Below are positions 62,818 to 64,000 of a DNA stretch of 64,000 bases, piece after piece. This DNA comes from Ophelia neglecta. Taxonomy: Eukaryota. The position numbers and the translations under genes were made by a program. The notes below the pieces were generated by a model, which saw only the letters and a list, made by a program, of their open reading frames with translations, was not told the DNA's origin and did not search any database. Each line of letters starts with the position of its first letter. The stretch's first letter is position 1. The DNA lies in assembly GCA_965285935.1 (NCBI GenBank), contig OZ260665.1, positions 55,490,001 through 55,554,000 on the forward strand, written 5' to 3'.

Positions 62818-63564
62818 CTGCAAAACGCGCCACGTGATTCAATAAAAAGCAACATCATCGACATATGAAGATTAAAGAACTAGCATTTAAGCAAATAATC
62901 ATGTTTTAATACAGTATTCTATTTTATTTTTCAAAGTATGGCATTTGCCATTCCTTTTACTTCTACTTAATTTACTAGCTGCATACATTAAGCCGCAAAA
63001 TTAAAAGACTAGCAAGCTTCTAAGCCTACAGTAAAATAAATTGTAGACCTATAAACGGCGTGTACAGAAAGGTCTTTAAAATGTATGACATTAAATTCTA
63101 ATATACAGACAAAATGGAAAGTCTTAATTCTTGAAAGCATCCTACATATAATGCGAACTGGGTTGTTTTTCGACTTCGAACAATTTTGAAGATCTCTGAT
63201 CATTCGTGTGGGAAATATTTAAAGCCAATTCCGATCGCTAGAGATTGAATTCTTCACTTTGCATATAAAGATATAAAGACCATATATGCAAAATCTCGTC
63301 GAAAAGACTTCATAATAAAGTTAGGCCTAATTGTCATAGTTAGGTATATTGTAATAGTTAGGTATATTGTTATAGTTACTTATTTGGGCTCTCTGACCTG
63401 GTGTCTTGTATAAACATAAAATATTATAATTATAATTGTCATAATGCATTGCTATACGCCATATATTTAGGTATGCAATCGCCCATCGAAGGACGCAGAC
63501 AACACTGGATTCTAGTTCTGTGTAGCCTATTAAAATGTGCATGAAGCTTCATACTTTAGATGTG

Positions 63565-63567
<3 letters not shown>

Positions 63568-63606
<39 letters not shown>
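63568..63606. repeat. (AT)n microsatellite
   Basis: Pure AT dinucleotide run. Confidence 0.95.
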
Positions 63607-63610
<4 letters not shown>

Positions 63611-64000
63611 ATGTGTGAGGGTGTAGGTGCATGTGTAACACTCGTTTCAAGTGACTAATTGCAAAGTATAAAATGAGTTGGAAAACCTCACCCCCTATAG
63701 GCAGAAAAACAAAAAAAATGAAAAAATAATGAAAAACTAACTCCAAAACCTTTTACCTTCAAGTATCCCCCTAAAACAGTTGATGCAGATAACCGGTGAA
63801 TAAAAGGTTTTGAAAAAACAAAAAAGCGCCCGATCCACATCCACATAATAGTGAAAGCTAGCGCATAGCCAAGGAAAGCAATATGTTAAACCTGCCATTA
63901 GGCAGTTTGTAAGCTTGTTTAAAAAACACAACACCTGTATCATGACACCCACTACGGTTAAACTTGATCCAAGTCCATTTTATCCTTGCACGCAATGTAG

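Overview
AT-rich, intron-rich animal genomic DNA (invertebrate; an annelid or other lophotrochozoan is my best guess, not provable here) with one assembly gap at 9989-10242. Hand-splicing the minus strand gives a head-to-tail cluster of unusual collagen genes. Gene A (39653->16295) looks complete, with 54 coding exons, 9660 nt and about 3219 aa. Its layout is signal peptide, 3 VWA, a ~1870-aa Gly-X-Y helix (about 594 triplets with no length-changing break), a double furin-site linker, 2 VWA, a Cys-rich module with 2 EGF-like repeats, one C-terminal TM helix and a Ser-rich cytoplasmic tail. Gene B (>62817->49050) is 5'-incomplete, with 24 visible exons and about 1873 aa. Its layout is VWA, a ~1010-aa Thr-rich and Y-Pro-poor helix, EGF, 2 VWA, the same Cys/EGF module, TM and a tail sharing motifs with A. 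Both are predicted type I (N-out) transmembrane VWA/EGF collagens with no COLFI, C1q or NC1 domain. A third minus-strand gene starts with a signal-peptide exon at 111->27 and runs off the window edge. The rest is intergenic or intronic DNA with MITE/LINE/SINE relics, minisatellites and one strong intronic hairpin. Most short ORFs in the supplied track are antisense or frame shadows of collagen exons, or noise.
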